Source: the human T2T-CHM13v2.0 reference genome, Homo sapiens. Taken from it: a stretch of DNA of 64,000 nt. The position numbers were made by a program, and so were the translations under genes. Under the pieces are notes generated by a model. It saw only the letters and a program-made list of their open reading frames with translations. It was not told the DNA's origin and made no database searches. Every line of letters begins with the position of its first letter. Position 1 is the first letter of the stretch. The stretch is taken from assembly GCF_009914755.1 (NCBI RefSeq), contig NC_060931.1; one strand, 5' to 3'. Shown piece after piece: positions 15,796-31,990 of this stretch.

Positions 15796-17240
15796 AAGGC
15801 TAAGAAGCAAAATAGACCTTCTAAACATATGCCTACAGACCCAGCTAAAAATAAGCTTCATGTATTAAGTGAATGTGTTTATCCATTTCTTAGGGCTTGC
15901 TTCTCAAGACAATTTGACTTCCTTTTAATTTGGGGCTGGGATTTTAAGACGTCACCAGTAGAATACCTGGCACTGGATGATGTTCATTCTCATTGTTAGT
16001 TCAATGAAAGCAAATCTTACTAATAAGTAAAGCTATGTGTTAAAGAAGAAAATGTTTACAAGTTTATGGTAATCCATGAAATTTTCATGATCACAAACCA
16101 AGCATCAGTCTCCAAAAATGCAAGAAAGCAGAAGCAAATTACTCAATTTGGCTAATACAGCTCAGTAAGTATTTTGATTTTCTAGAAACTTAGCACCACT
16201 GAAAAGGGTTAAGATATCAAACAATTTCCTAAATGCATCAAGCATGCTTGAAAATTATTGTAGGAACTCTAATTGTCTTCAGTGTTTCTTTGATGAACTC
16301 ACAACCAGTAAATTAGCCCATGGATCACAGCTCATTAGCATCTACAGAAATAATGTTAGTGAGAAATTTAAAAAGCAAACAGCAGGTGCAGTTCTGTCTT
16401 TTCTTCATGAAGATCTCTCAGAAACACAAGGTCAGTCAGATTCAATGGGTTAATCTTGCCTCTCTTTTCAAATCCCCAACAAAGGCTAGAAATGGCATTT
16501 AGGGACCTTCTGGAAATAATTATAAACATGTACTCACTGAAGAGTACTTTAAAGATCTTATCAGAAACATAAGAGAATCCATTCATTACTTCTAACTCAT
16601 TATTTATAATTTGGTATACTATCCATTACTAAATCAAATGTCTTTCATGGGTTCCATACTAATATACAATTTTCTCTCATGATCTCTCAAGGTGCATTGA
16701 AATTCTGTTAATCATGTTTCTTTGAGAATGGGAGATCCTAACAGGAAAGCCATTCCAATTTCTGTTTCCTATTCTCCTCACTTAAGTACCCAAGGTATGA
16801 ATAGTGGGGTTGAAGGTTTTAACTGAGCAGTTAGTACGGAAATACAGTAATTTTGGATGGGCACTGAAACATATCATTGTAAAAAATGCCACTGCGAAAC
16901 GAATTTCTATTTTGCTATTTAGGAGGATGGAAAATATTGCTATCTTTGCAGATAGGAGTAGAAGAAAAAAAGTGATCATGAAGAATTAACGCAGAAGCAG
17001 TGACAGATTAGTTGGGAGGAAGGGAAACTCATGAGATAAAACCAAACACAGAAATAAAGCTTCAACCCACGTCAAGGATGTGTAATTGTCAGCCAGACTA
17101 GGATGGCTATGAGTGAAGAGTGGCAGTCATTCTTATAGGTAGTTGCAAAAGCAGAGACCTGGACTGATTGTGGATTTTCACTGATTCAATGACTGGATTT
17201 GATTTTTTTTTAAAAGGGATGGTAGGCTGTGTTTAAGATA

Positions 17241-17585
17241 TGTAGTCGACATTACCACTGTACATAAATTTTAGTTCCCCTCTTCCTCCTGGAATAACTG
17301 AAATCACGGTTCCTTGCTCTCTTGAAGTTAGGTGTACTTCTTGGCAAAAGCATTTGAGAGCCAGTGAGCAATTGGCCCTGCCCGCTTCCTTTTCTACTAT
17401 GACAGGCAATGTTCTGGACAGTGGGACTTCTCTGAATTCAGATGCCAGAGTGAGGTCTGCATTGAAACAGAGCCTTCTACAGAAACATGATGAACATGTA
17501 GAGTAAATAAGAAATAAAATGCTGCCGTTTATGCCACTGAAATTTTAGAGTTGTCAACCTCAGAATAGCCTATCCTATTGATAAG
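17241..17585 (+). mobile_element. MLT1I/J-like MaLR solo LTR
   Basis: tgtagtcgaca start, ttgaagttaggtgt, gagagccagtg, aagaaataaa...gccactgaaatttt...cctatcct end. Confidence 0.7.
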
Positions 17586-18211
17586 GAACACCCAATAATT
17601 TGGATTCTCAACTATGTTAGTAGCTTGGATTCTAGATGTGGCAGAAAGATTAAAAGCCAGAAGAATTACTCCTACACCACAGGGTAACTTGCTTGTAAAT
17701 TATTATATCATAGCAACAAAGCTATTGATCTTTCCTTTCACTCTCAATTCTGAGTTAAGTTTTTAAAATTGAAAAGTTAAATGTTTTCTACTTTTAAGTA
17801 CAGGTTGAGCATTCCTAATACAAACATTTGCAACCTGAAATGCTACAAAATCTGAAACATTTTGAGCACTGACATGATGTCATAAGTGGAAAATTCCACA
17901 CCTGACGTCCTGTGATGGGTCATAGTCAAAAGGAAGGCAAAAAAAAAAAAAAAAACCCACATGATTTATTCAGTGTCCCCATGAGAATAAAGACCCTCCC
18001 CTCCTGGCCTCCTTTGGCTGTATTGCATCTTTTTCATGTATGCCCAAATTCCCCCATGGAAGCACCCTCACAAAGCATAATAAAATGACAGTGTGCAGGC
18101 CTGATACACCAATGTCAAGTTTCCCACAATGCCTCACATGTGGCCAAGACCTATGTGCATTACTTATTCTTTTGTTGTTCTATTCTTTGTGGTGTAAAGA
18201 TATTGTTGATA

Positions 18212-19900
18212 ATGTCAAAAAGGCCTGCAGATACCCCTGTGGGTCATAGTAATAAGAAAAAGAGGAAGCACTTATATTTTTCTATAGCACAGGAATTCAA
18301 GTTGTTGGAGAAACTGGGAAGCAGTGCAAGTGTGAAATGTCTTACAGCAGAGTATGGTGTTAGAGTGACCGCCATATGTAACCTAAAGAAAGAGAAAGAT
18401 AAATCATTGAAGTTCCGTACTGAAGGTAAAGAACAGAAGTTAATGAAAAATAAAAAAAAAAACACTGCATAAAGCTAAAATTAAGGTCTCAATCATGTAT
18501 TGAAACAGTGGATCTTAGTGTCACAGTGAACACATGCCACTTAATGGCATGCAGATCATGAAATAAGCAAAGATAGGTCACAATGAACTGAAAATTGAAG
18601 GAAACTATGAATGTTTAATAGGATGGCTGCAGAAATTTAAGAAAAGACATAGTATTAAATTTGTAAAGCTTTATGGTCATAAAGCATCTGCTGATCATGA
18701 AGTAGTGGAGAAATTCATTGACAAGTTTGCCAAGGTTATTGCTGATGAAAATTTGATGCCAGAACTAGACTATAATGCTGATGAAACATCACTGTCTTCA
18801 TGTTATTGACCAGGAAAGACACTGACTCCAAATGATGAGACTGTCCTTACAGGAATTAAGGATGTTAAGGACTGAATAACTGTGCTGGGATATGCTAATG
18901 CGGCAGCCACGCTAAGTGTAAATTTGTTGTGACAGGCAAATCTTGCATCCTTGCTATTTTCAAGGAGTAAAATTTTTACCAGTCGATTATTATGCTGACA
19001 AAAAGGCATGGATCAAAAAGGGATATGTTTTTTGTTTGGGTTCCCAATCCTTTTGTTCCAGCAGCTTGTGGTAGAAAATGCAGGAAAGCAGGACTGGATG
19101 ATGACTGGAAGATTTTGTTATTCCTTGACAACTGTTCTCCTCACTCTCCAACTGAAATTTCATTAAAAATAATGTTTATGCTATGTACTTTCCCACAAAT
19201 TTGACTTTATTAATTTAGCCATGTGACCAGGGTATCTTAGATCAATGAAGAGTAAATATAAAAACAGTTTCTTTAACAGCATGCTAGAAGCGGTGAACAG
19301 AGGCATGGAAGATTTCCCAGAAGAGTTTGGTATGAAAGGTATCATATAAACTGTTGCTAATGCTTAGAACACAGTGACTGAAGACACAGTTGTGTATGCT
19401 TGGCACAAACTCTGGCCTGCAACTTTGTTCAGTGATGATGATGAACAATATGCAAAAAATTATACCTTTAGAATTCATCATAAGCTGGAAGAAATAGATA
19501 TCAGAGAAATTTTTCTGTAATGAGGTTCCAGCTGCTCATTCATTGACCAATAGATAAATAGCTGAGATGGTTCTAAATCAAGGTGATCATGATAATAGTA
19601 ATGTTGAAGATGACATTATTAACACTGCAAAAAAAGTGCCTAGAGATGACATGGTTAAAATGTGTGGTGGTTTATTGGAGAAAATAAGGAATGTGCATTC
19701 ATAAGAGAACAATAAATCATGTCAGTTTATAAGATTGAAGAGAGACTCGTAAGACAAAAAATATTGTTAATGAGGCAGGTAACGCTGGAGAAAACATTTT
19801 AAAAAGCCATCTAGTAGATTCCCTCCGCATCCCTAGAGGACAAATCCCTGGTCCCTCAACTGCTTCTGGTGTTTCTTCACACCTAAAAAATAAAAATACA
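18212..19900 (+). pseudogene. Decayed Tigger4 transposase (CENP-B/Jerky-like HTH plus DDE domain)
   Basis: ATG at 18212 begins MSKRPADTPVGHSNKKKRKHL... (CENP-B-type HTH). Catalytic motifs YNADET (~18771), LFLDNCSPH (D at 19127) and PCDQG (D at 19225) are present, with many stops and frameshifts. End coordinate approximate. Confidence 0.85.
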
Positions 19901-20043
19901 GTGTACAATAACCTTTTAATAAAAACACAGCATCATAGGTGGAAACTTCAAGCCTGCCATTGTCTGTTGTTGCTGTTGTTTAACAGCTGATGCAGGTTTT
20001 CTACTAATGATACTGTGCTGCTTAGTTATCCAGAACACATTTT

Positions 20044-20343
<300 letters not shown>

Positions 20344-22599
20344 AGAACACATTTTTTTCCACTGTATTAATGGTGTCATATTTTTTACTGTAAGTACTTA
20401 TGTGTGAATAAATGTAAGAAAATGATTGCTTATCATTGGCATATAAATTCAGTGTGAGGAATGATGGCGATACCAAACAACCACAGACTGTCCACATAGG
20501 TGGCCGACATGGGGACACCTTTGCTTTCTGATGTTGTTTCATGCAGAAAATTATTAAAAATATCGTATAAAATTACCTTCAGGATGTATATAAGGTATAT
20601 ATAAAATATAAATGAATTTTGTGTTTAGATTTGAGTCCTTTCCCCAAGATATCTCACTATGTGCATGCAACTATTCCACAATCTGAAAAAATTTGAAATC
20701 AGAAACATTTCTGCTCCCAGGCATTTCAGATAAGGGATGCTCAAATCTGTACCTAACATGATCTGTTTCAGTATTTGTCTAGACATCCCTAAGTCATCCA
20801 CTAAACATAATTTTTATGCAGGTATATTAATGGAGGCTTGACTAACCACTATATAAATTAGTTGAATTTTAGCTGATTTATTTCCTGCCAAAGTACATAG
20901 TTTTAATTGACAAGAATCCTTATTCAGCTTGACTAAAGCTCCCCAGGTATTTGCTTCAGTTTAAAAAGAGACACTTACAAAGATCACCATAATGAGTAAA
21001 TAATTACCTGTTGCTAAAAATGCTCTGTAAGGATTACTTGAAAGGTATCACTTGGGTTGAATTTTCTCCAGAATAAATACCAAAAATATTTAAATGACAA
21101 ATCACACCACAAATGTATCTGGATAAGAAATATTTTAACTTGTTTTCATCATCACTGTTAGGAATCCGTATTATAATAAATAGTCTTTTTTTATTCAATG
21201 AAGTTTTTCTAATGTACAAACTGACAAGTCTCAGTTGAATATGTTTATAAAATTTATGATTCTTTTCTTCCTTCAGAAGTGTCTGATATTAGATTCAGTG
21301 ATGGCAGATCAAAAGGTTTAACTTTGAGCTTACATGACTAAAAGCCAGAGTGGAGGAAAAGACACTAGTTTCCCACCTCTACAGACCTCTGCTTAAGCAG
21401 AAGTAGAAGTAAAAAGACAAATGGAAATATGTGGTGTTTCCACAGACTTGGGGAATTTATTGTTCCTTATGTTCATCTGAGAGATCTAACTGCAAATAAT
21501 AAATCAGGCATGGAATGTCTACCTATAACAACTCCTAAAGGTTCCCATCTTATTATGTCTTTGGATGGAAAGTTGACATTGAAATTAGAATAGGAAGAGA
21601 AACAGCAACTAGATTATTCATGGGATCGTTATCTCTTTCTGCCCTTTACCAAGCCACATGGATGTAAATTTTTAAGCAACAACATAATCATAAGAGTCAA
21701 AGATCATTGACTCTCTGTAAACTGTAAAGTTATATTGGTTGGTAGGAAGGAGACCATTAGCTTTGAGTTTCTCTTGAGTGTGCTCAAGTCTGGCCCTACA
21801 TGTCACTGAGACATGTTATAATGTTCCAGAATTGCCCATTATTGCAACCATCACATCCAACTTAAAAGAGACACCCAGCTGTGCTGAACTTTTCTATTAG
21901 CTGCCTTTTCTAGATGTAATTTTTTAATATACTGATTCCCCAAATCAATACATTTCATGTCTTCCGTTACAAGTTTCCTCAGTTGAATCAAAGTCTATGC
22001 CTATTAAATATCAAATATGTAAATTACATGAATATTAATTATTAAAGACAATAAATAGAAACCAAATGAATCAAGCATTCAACAATGTATGTAAGGAAAA
22101 TGAAAACAAAGCAAATCTAAAGTAAATAGGAAAAATGAATTTATAATAATAATGACAAAAATAAATTTGAAAATAGAAAATAATCAATAATAATTATTCA
22201 TCAAATGATCATTACTTGGCACCATGCTAAGCATTTTGTATGTATTAACTCATTTAATTATCATAAAATCATAATAAAGCAAGAATGGAAAACAGACTTT
22301 CCTGCATATACTCTGATTTCAAAAACAAATATAGTTGAAGGAAAATCTAAAATAATATGTTGATAATCCATAAAAGATAAATCTACAAATATATACGTTG
22401 TAAAATGAAAAATAAGTTAAAATAATATATATGTACTTTTGGCATTAAAAACATTTTCAACTAATATATTTGAAATGCTTATGCTATATATTTTGATGCC
22501 AACAAAACCTGAAAAGAATAACACTAAAAATAACACTATAGCCCATTCCTATTAATGCATACTCATGTAAACATACAAATTAAATTTCAAAAACCACCT

Positions 22600-23545
22600 C
22601 ATAATGATAGCTTAGCAATTCTGAAACTATATAATGTGTATATTAGGATTGACAAGTAAATATAGTGTGTATAAGTAAAGATAGGTTCCTCTACTGTCAG
22701 GGAAAATAGTTAAAAATAAGGAAAGAGGGAAGGCAAGAATAACTATGGTGTTGGATTGCAATCAGAAATATCAAAAGGAACTGATGGTTTTTAATATGCT
22801 TATAAATGGATAGCTACAGAAATGAATATAAACATATATGCCTGCTTGAGTATACATACATCTATTTTCTAGCTCTATATACTGAAAGGGCCCAGAAACA
22901 AAAATGCCCCAGTAACAATGAATACATCTAGCACCCAGGTCTTGAATTCTAAATACCACTCTCTAAGAAAAGGAACCAGGGTTCCTTAGAAAAATGGCTA
23001 ATAGCAGTTCCGGGGAAGAAAAAATACTAGATGAACCTAGAATGGCTTTCAGTGCCAGAAAATATAAACGTGCTCCCCTAAAAGGAATGTGATCATGTTC
23101 AAGGGGTACAGAAGCCAGTAGTCTGAAGGAAATCCCAATGTCCAAATCTGGGACAATTTAAGCAATAAAATACAGAATGATAGTAATGAGTTATAAACCA
23201 TTGAAAAAAAGAAATCTGTTAGTCCATACTGACACAAACAATTGAATAAAAACATAATTGGGGAAATCAAGACACCTATTCCTTTTAATAGAATTCCAAT
23301 TACTAAATGAAAGACAAATGATAGAAACAGAAAATCACCATTAGGCAAATTACTAGAGGAGTAATAGTTGCAGACAAAAATTATTTATAGATGCTAAAAT
23401 TAGTGGAATAATGTTTACATAAGGTATTTTCACAGTCTCCAAGTGTTTTTCCATAATACTTATCAAAGAGGAAAATGGAATCTTTTCTGTGGAAAACATG
23501 GAAAACATAACATTAACCAAATGATTAAAGTTAACGTCACCATCA
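22600..23545 (+). mobile_element. Old L1 3' region (L1MC3/L1MC4/L1MD-like)
   Basis: ctagcacccaggtcttgaattctaaatacc...aaggaaccagggttccttagaaaaatggct resembles the L1MC 3' UTR. Further A-rich L1M-like scraps lie at ~22030-22600 and ~23900-24400. Confidence 0.75.
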
Positions 23546-23629
23546 CAAAGTAGAGATCAATGCAACGATACTTATATAATGGGGAATTATCACAAGCCAG
23601 TGGAAAAGCAACAGATTATTTAGTAGTTA

Positions 23630-23890
23630 CAGTGCAGTATACTAGTTATAGACATGGTCTCTGGATCGAAACTACCTGGGAATTAGTCCCAGCTCTGGTG
23701 CTTGGGTAATCACAGGCAAGATACTTAACTCCTCTGTGCCTCTGGCTTTCTATCAGTAAAATGGGAGCTAGTAAAAGGATTAACCTCCCAAGATTTTGGT
23801 GGGAATTGAGAATTCTCAAATAGAAATTGTATTTGAGAATGCAAAGACTACAAAAGAGCCTGACACATAGAAACTGCTCAATATTTATTA
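23630..23890 (+). mobile_element. MIR SINE
   Basis: ggcaagatacttaactcctctgtgcctc...gtaaaatggga...gcctgacacatagaaactgctcaata. Confidence 0.7.
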
Positions 23891-24689
23891 TGTTGCAGAG
23901 TTTTCAAGAAAATTGATAGAATGATGTGGACGATAAAAAGATGAATATTTCATCATCAATATAAATTCTAGACAGTTTAAATATTGTATGGCAAAATATA
24001 AGTGACTGTTAAATCTCTAGAGATGGTGATGATATTTCTACACAAAACAACAAAAGTCGGGGAAAAATTACCATTTAATCAGAGAAAAGAATAAAATTTA
24101 CATATGTTGAAAAAACAAAATAGACTTGTACAAAGGAAAAACTGGGAAAAACTCTTAACGGCAAATCTGACAAAAAATTAATGTTATTAACATACAAAGA
24201 GATATTGAAAGAGAAGAATCAATGTTTCAGGAAGTTTTCATTCATGGGAAAAGATATTATATAACGATTCAAAGTTGTGTTCTTGACAATGATAATGTGA
24301 AAATAGTCACCATATTGCGTATAGTAAAAAAAAATTAGGATTCAGAATTAGTTATGTAGTATGTCCTATCTATGATGCATATAGAGATGATATATATATT
24401 TTTGTTTATATTTCTCAGGGTTTTTCCTCTTAAATTTTCTGGTATCACCAGAAAGGTTATAAGCACACAAAATAAGAAATGATACATGATTGAAACTAAA
24501 GGCTGAGTGGGGAAGGAAAATATGAGGAAGTCTAGACCAAGCTATTAGTACTAACTAAAACTAACTGACTGGAATTTACTAAATCCAAGACTGGGCTACT
24601 TAGATATCACTTAAAATCTCACCGACAGCTTGTAATCTCTTTATGCCATGTACAAGCTTTATTAGCAATTAAGACATATAATTTAGGCT

Positions 24690-25520
<831 letters not shown>

Positions 25521-27047
25521 ATGAGCAATCAGGTAGTCTGTTCAACATTAATAATAAAAATATGTTTTGGAATCAAATAGATATTTGTCACTCTCTGGGA
25601 AAGAATCTATTACCTCTGAAACTTTGTGGGATGGGGATCTCTCAATGGGATATCTGAGACACTGCACTGAGTTTGTAATCACAATAATAAACAGTATCAT
25701 GTTTCTTGCATCTAACATCAGCTCAGAAAAGCTCCTCGGGATTCACTGTTGCGACAACGTAAGGCAAAGTGATACAGCCACTGGTGGATGGGAAGTGACA
25801 GCAGCAGACACATCATGCTGGCAGGTAGCTCACAGAGATGAGAATGCACAGTTAATCTAAACACGCTGTTGCCTGGAAGACCAAGAGGGAGAGTCATAGA
25901 AAATAAACACAGGCAGCCACTTGAGCTTAGAAGAGGAGAGACTCTATGTCTTCTTTGAGGAAAGGAAAAAACAAAACCAATATAAAAATTGCCTCATCCC
26001 CATGTGTGCCATGCCAAAGCACATTTGTACATATTTCTGTCCATAGATACACATTTCCAAAGATAAAACATTGTATTATAATAATAATACATATCACTTT
26101 GCAGATAACAAGCCCTTTAAACTACATTTACCTTTTGCTGATTTCAAGAGTTCAGAATTTATTACAATTTGTGTAGAATTTAGAATGACAGGTATTACTT
26201 TAAAGGCCTTGTTATGGTTGACATTGGAATTCAAATAATAATGATAGGGTCTTCATGGATTAAAAAATACACAGTCATGTATAATTATTTATCTATGTCT
26301 GCTTGTGAGGCCAAAATTTTTTTGAGAGAGTAAAGAAGAGTTTTAGTAGATGTCACACTTTAGAGATTGAGTGATTTATTTTCTCTATGTCATTTTAGGG
26401 CACATTTACTGTCATATTGGAACGGAGAGTTGATGTCATATTACAAGCTGAGTAAACCTAGCAGCTCCTTCTCTGATATGGTTAATCAAAAAGGAATCAA
26501 GCCCCCAACTGCAGGGCTTCTGAATTAATGATGAATTGAAGGAGAAAAGAAGCAACAGCAACAGCATATTTGTAAAGCCAAGGCTTCAAAGTAACTCAGG
26601 ACAGCTCATTTAGATAAGTCATGAACCTAAATGGCTAAATTAAAGCAAGACTGTGATTACCAACACAGCTGGGATTAGGCAAGCTGTGGCACAAGAATTA
26701 AGCCACATGAAGGGGAAGAGCCACAGGTCAGAAGGTCCCCAGAAAATGTCTAACAAGAGAAGCAAGTTAACCGGAAATCAGCCATGTGCCTTAACCAGAA
26801 GTCAGCTGTGACTTTTAGGCCTCTTCTGGAAGTGGATTATAAAGCTATTCCCTTTGGTTTTGAAAATGTGTCTTCATTCGTACATAGAACTTTAGAAAGA
26901 TGAAAGGCTTTAGATATAATGGAATGGGGAAGCCGCTTTCATATTACAAGGAAATTGATACCAGTGTAGATGGGAATCAGATGCTCAGGCTTTATACTTG
27001 GCTATACAGCCAGTTAGTTAAGACATAAGATAATTCTTCCCTCCTGA

Positions 27048-27584
<537 letters not shown>

Positions 27585-27669
27585 TAATCTTTTAGACTAC
27601 TATATCCCAGGGAAAAACCTCTCATCCAGCCTTCCTTGTTTTAAAACAGTTTCCTGAGCCTATTTCATC

Positions 27670-27678
27670 ACACACACA

Positions 27679-27725
<47 letters not shown>
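27670..27725. repeat. (CA)n microsatellite
   Basis: Directly visible, with one aa interruption. Confidence 0.95.
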
Positions 27726-27727
<2 letters not shown>

Positions 27728-28744
27728 CTCTTTACTCATGCTTTTCCATTGTTAATAAACATGCTTATTAAAAAACACCTGTTTTCCCCCTACCCCTCCT
27801 TTTCTTCAATGGTCAAATTGTCACCTTTCAACACCTATATCAAGCCTTATCTTGGCATAAAACTCATCTCCATCACATAATCCCTTTGACTTCTCTACTC
27901 CATCCCCCAAACCAGACTTGCCTATTAAGCTTCCAATTTCATATTTTGAGTAATGTGAAAATTGTGAAACTAAAATTGAATTTGAAGTTATGTTGGTGCA
28001 GATCAATATACCATATGTTGGTGGAAAGAAAAAATGTTATATTTGTTTCAGTTTTCAAAGTCCAGTATATTAGCTACAACATCCTCCTATGTAGCTTGAT
28101 CCCAACAATAGAAGCCTCCAGATTCTGTGGGCCAGGTGGCAAGATGATATACCAAATTTTGCCTGGCTCATATTTGATATTATTCTTTTTATTGGTTATG
28201 AAGTTTGACTCTCCCTACTTCCTGTCACTTTATTTTTTTAAACTAAAATAGAAAGTTTATCCCCATTATTCCCTGTTGATTGTAAACTTTCTGGAAAAAA
28301 AATCTTGAAAAATAAGTAGATGTACCTACAGTCATGGTTAGACTCAAATAAGTTTATTTTTGTTTAATAGTTCTTGCATTCTCTTACCATGATATATGTG
28401 GAAACTTAGATATAAATGGAATATATTTATAGTCTCTTTGCCAAAAACTACAGCTGCTCCCTTCAAACTTAGCATTTACAAAACTTCTGTCATTTCGGGA
28501 ATATTGATTATTAATAAAATCAGGAAGTTGTGTTGTAAGATTTCTGGGTAGTTCATCATGATTCCATGGATTTCAACAAGATAAATTTTCTAGCAAAAAC
28601 TGGAAACTCAGTTTTTATTTTTCCTTTTTGTAAAGTGGCACAAAATATAACTAAATACTTAGAATATATGTAAACAGGAAAGTACTAAAATATGCATTTG
28701 CTTGTTAAAATGTATTTGATCTAATTTATCTCTGGCAATGTAAA

Positions 28745-28890
28745 TGTTACATAGACTATAAGCTCATGAAAGAAGGGACCATGTCTAAGTTGACTTTCAT
28801 TTTATTGTAGTGGATAGTGCAGAATCTAGGGCGTAGTAAGTGAAAAAAAAAAAACAAAAACATTTATTGGATTCATGGATGAATGACTAC
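28745..28890 (+). mobile_element. L2 3' end
   Basis: agactataagctcatgaaagaagggaccatgtct...ggcgtagtaagtg...atttattggattcatggatgaatga. Confidence 0.65.
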
Positions 28891-28944
28891 ATGAATATAT
28901 ATCTTGTTATCAGCTATTGTGCCATTTCCTCAATATTATCATAC

Positions 28945-29150
28945 TTAGCTAAAGTATAGGAAACTAGTCCTAATTTGCCAAGAAATAGTTGAATAAGCAT
29001 GGGCATGCTATTTTACCACCCTGGGTCTTAGTATACTAATTTGTAAAATAAGGGAAGGTCTGCACTGCTTACTTCAAGGAGCAGTTTTGAGGATTGAATG
29101 AGAGCTTTATGAAAAAACATCTTGCAAACAGTAAAGTACTTTAAAGAAGG
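28945..29150 (+). mobile_element. MIR fragment
   Basis: gggcatgctattttaccaccctgggtcttagt...tgtaaaataaggg...gttttgaggattgaatgag. Confidence 0.55.
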
Positions 29151-30523
29151 TAGTATTTGAACACTATGGGATATTTGAAGAACATTAAATTTATACCTGA
29201 GTTATTGACCCGATTTTTTAAAAAAATTGGCAAGTAGAAAAAAATAGAACATGTAACAGGAGGCTTTGGCAAAAAGCTTTACTCTTGGGATTTTCATATG
29301 GGTTATACTTTCACAACTGTCAAAGCAGATCATGAAGAATTTAAAGATATAGAACACTTACTTAAGAGAACATGGCCTAAGGATGCGGTACTAATTTTGA
29401 TTAATTTTCTGTGTTCCTAAGTGGCTTGCTAAAGTGGGAGGACCAGTGAAATGGCCTCATTATACAGCTTTGTGTACTGGCTGTTGCCCATTATTGTACT
29501 TTCTGGTAACTGATTTGCAAAGTATGCTTTTAATGTTTTGTTTTAAAAACTCATTTTAGGAAGATTAGGAACAGAGAACATTTCTTGGAACAACTACTGA
29601 CAATGTTGAGTGGAGAAAAAAAGGTATCCAATTTTCCTTTGCATACTATAAAGGAATGATTTGTTGCAAGTAGCATTTTGTTGCCTCGGTGGAGATAATT
29701 TCCTTTTCTTTAACATTCCAAACTATATGGGAGATATTTCTATTCCATTCTCCCATTTAAAATATCATGTCTGGAAAATAATATTATCAAGACTGACTTC
29801 ATTCATTCAACAAATAGTAACTTGTTATTATGTGCTAGGCACTATAAATGTTTTTTCCTAGTATTTTAAACTAATACATGTAATTTTACTCTATTTTCAC
29901 TGCAGACTTGTGAAAATCATTCAAAAGTTCCCAAGAGAAAGTTTCACATCATTTTTACTGTTATATTTTCAGAACTTGGCTTATAGTAGGTGTGACACAC
30001 ACTAAGTACACAGGTGCTAAGTAAATTCCCAGATGGAGAATAAACAGCATTAGCCTATAAGCCAGAGCCACAGAACTTAGACAATATGGTAGGTTCTACT
30101 TTCATCTCTGCTCTGCCTTAATTCATTTTCTCACCTACACTCATACTATTGCACTCATACTTTTATAATGATCCCCCTGACTCTGTTCTCTCTCCTCCTC
30201 ACTTCATCCCTCACAATGTGACCAGAATGTGACATAAGTTCCATGATTTCACTCCTGTGCTTCAGGCCTTTCAGTGGCTGCCCCTCATTGAGTAGCATTT
30301 CTTCATCTTTTCCCCCAAGTTTTCCTAATGGTGTGTTAGGATAGACATAAGCTCACAGAAGGCAGGCTTCACTGGGTCTCCTCTGAGTAGCCAGTCACAA
30401 CTATGGCATTTCATTCAAGTCTAATTGTAGTTAAAAAGGTATATAGGGTCTGCATTCCCCTCCATAAAATACCCAAGCCTGTTTCAATTTCAAGTTTTTC
30501 TTTTCTTTCAAATCATTAAATAA

Positions 30524-30990
<467 letters not shown>

Positions 30991-31007
30991 TAAATTAAAT
31001 TAATTAA

Positions 31008-31305
<298 letters not shown>

Positions 31306-31560
31306 CTCTTTATTTTTAAATAGATAACATTGTATGTTTTTTCTTATAATGTACAAAATAATATTTTGAAGCACATATACATTGTGGAATACTTAAATGT
31401 AGCTAATTAATAAATGCATTACCTAACATAGGTGTAATTCTTGTGGTAAGAACATATAACATCCACTCTTTACATTTTCAAGAATACAATATAACATCAA
31501 CCACAGTCACCTTGCTGTACAATAGATTCCTTGACATTTATTTTTAAAATCTACCTGTAG
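31306..31560 (-). mobile_element. L1MA-type 3' end (L1MA6-like)
   Basis: tatacattgtggaata...gctaattaataaatgcattacc...gtcaccttgctgtacaatagattc. Confidence 0.75.
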
Positions 31561-31569
31561 TCACTAATA

Positions 31570-31990
31570 AAGCAAACAAGGCCCTTTGTGATCTAACTCT
31601 AGCAATTTTTTTTTGCCTCATTCTATGAAATTTCCCATCCTTAACTTTCTCTGCTGCTTTGCCACTTCTGATCTTCAGAAGAGTCTCTGTTTCTCACAAA
31701 CCTCTACATCTTTGCACATACTGTGTGCGTCACACAGGATACCTACTCCTTGGCTCACTTAATAAACTCTACATCCTCAAAATCCCAGATTAAATTTGAC
31801 TTCATCTTCGGGATCTTCCTCATCTGTCCCAGAATAGCCCAGAGATAGTCCTGCTTCTGCATTTCCATGACATTTTGTGCATTCCCAGCATTTATAATGT
31901 TATCAGAACAATCCTTCTGAGCAGGAGTTTATTGTTACTCAACATCTTAGTGTCTGGTGTCTTAAAGATGATGATGTTAAAATATTTGTA
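31570..31990 (+). mobile_element. L2 relic
   Basis: aaggccctttgtgatcta...tctttgcacatactgt...cttagtgtctgg. Probably continues the L2-like piece at ~30100-30290. Confidence 0.5.
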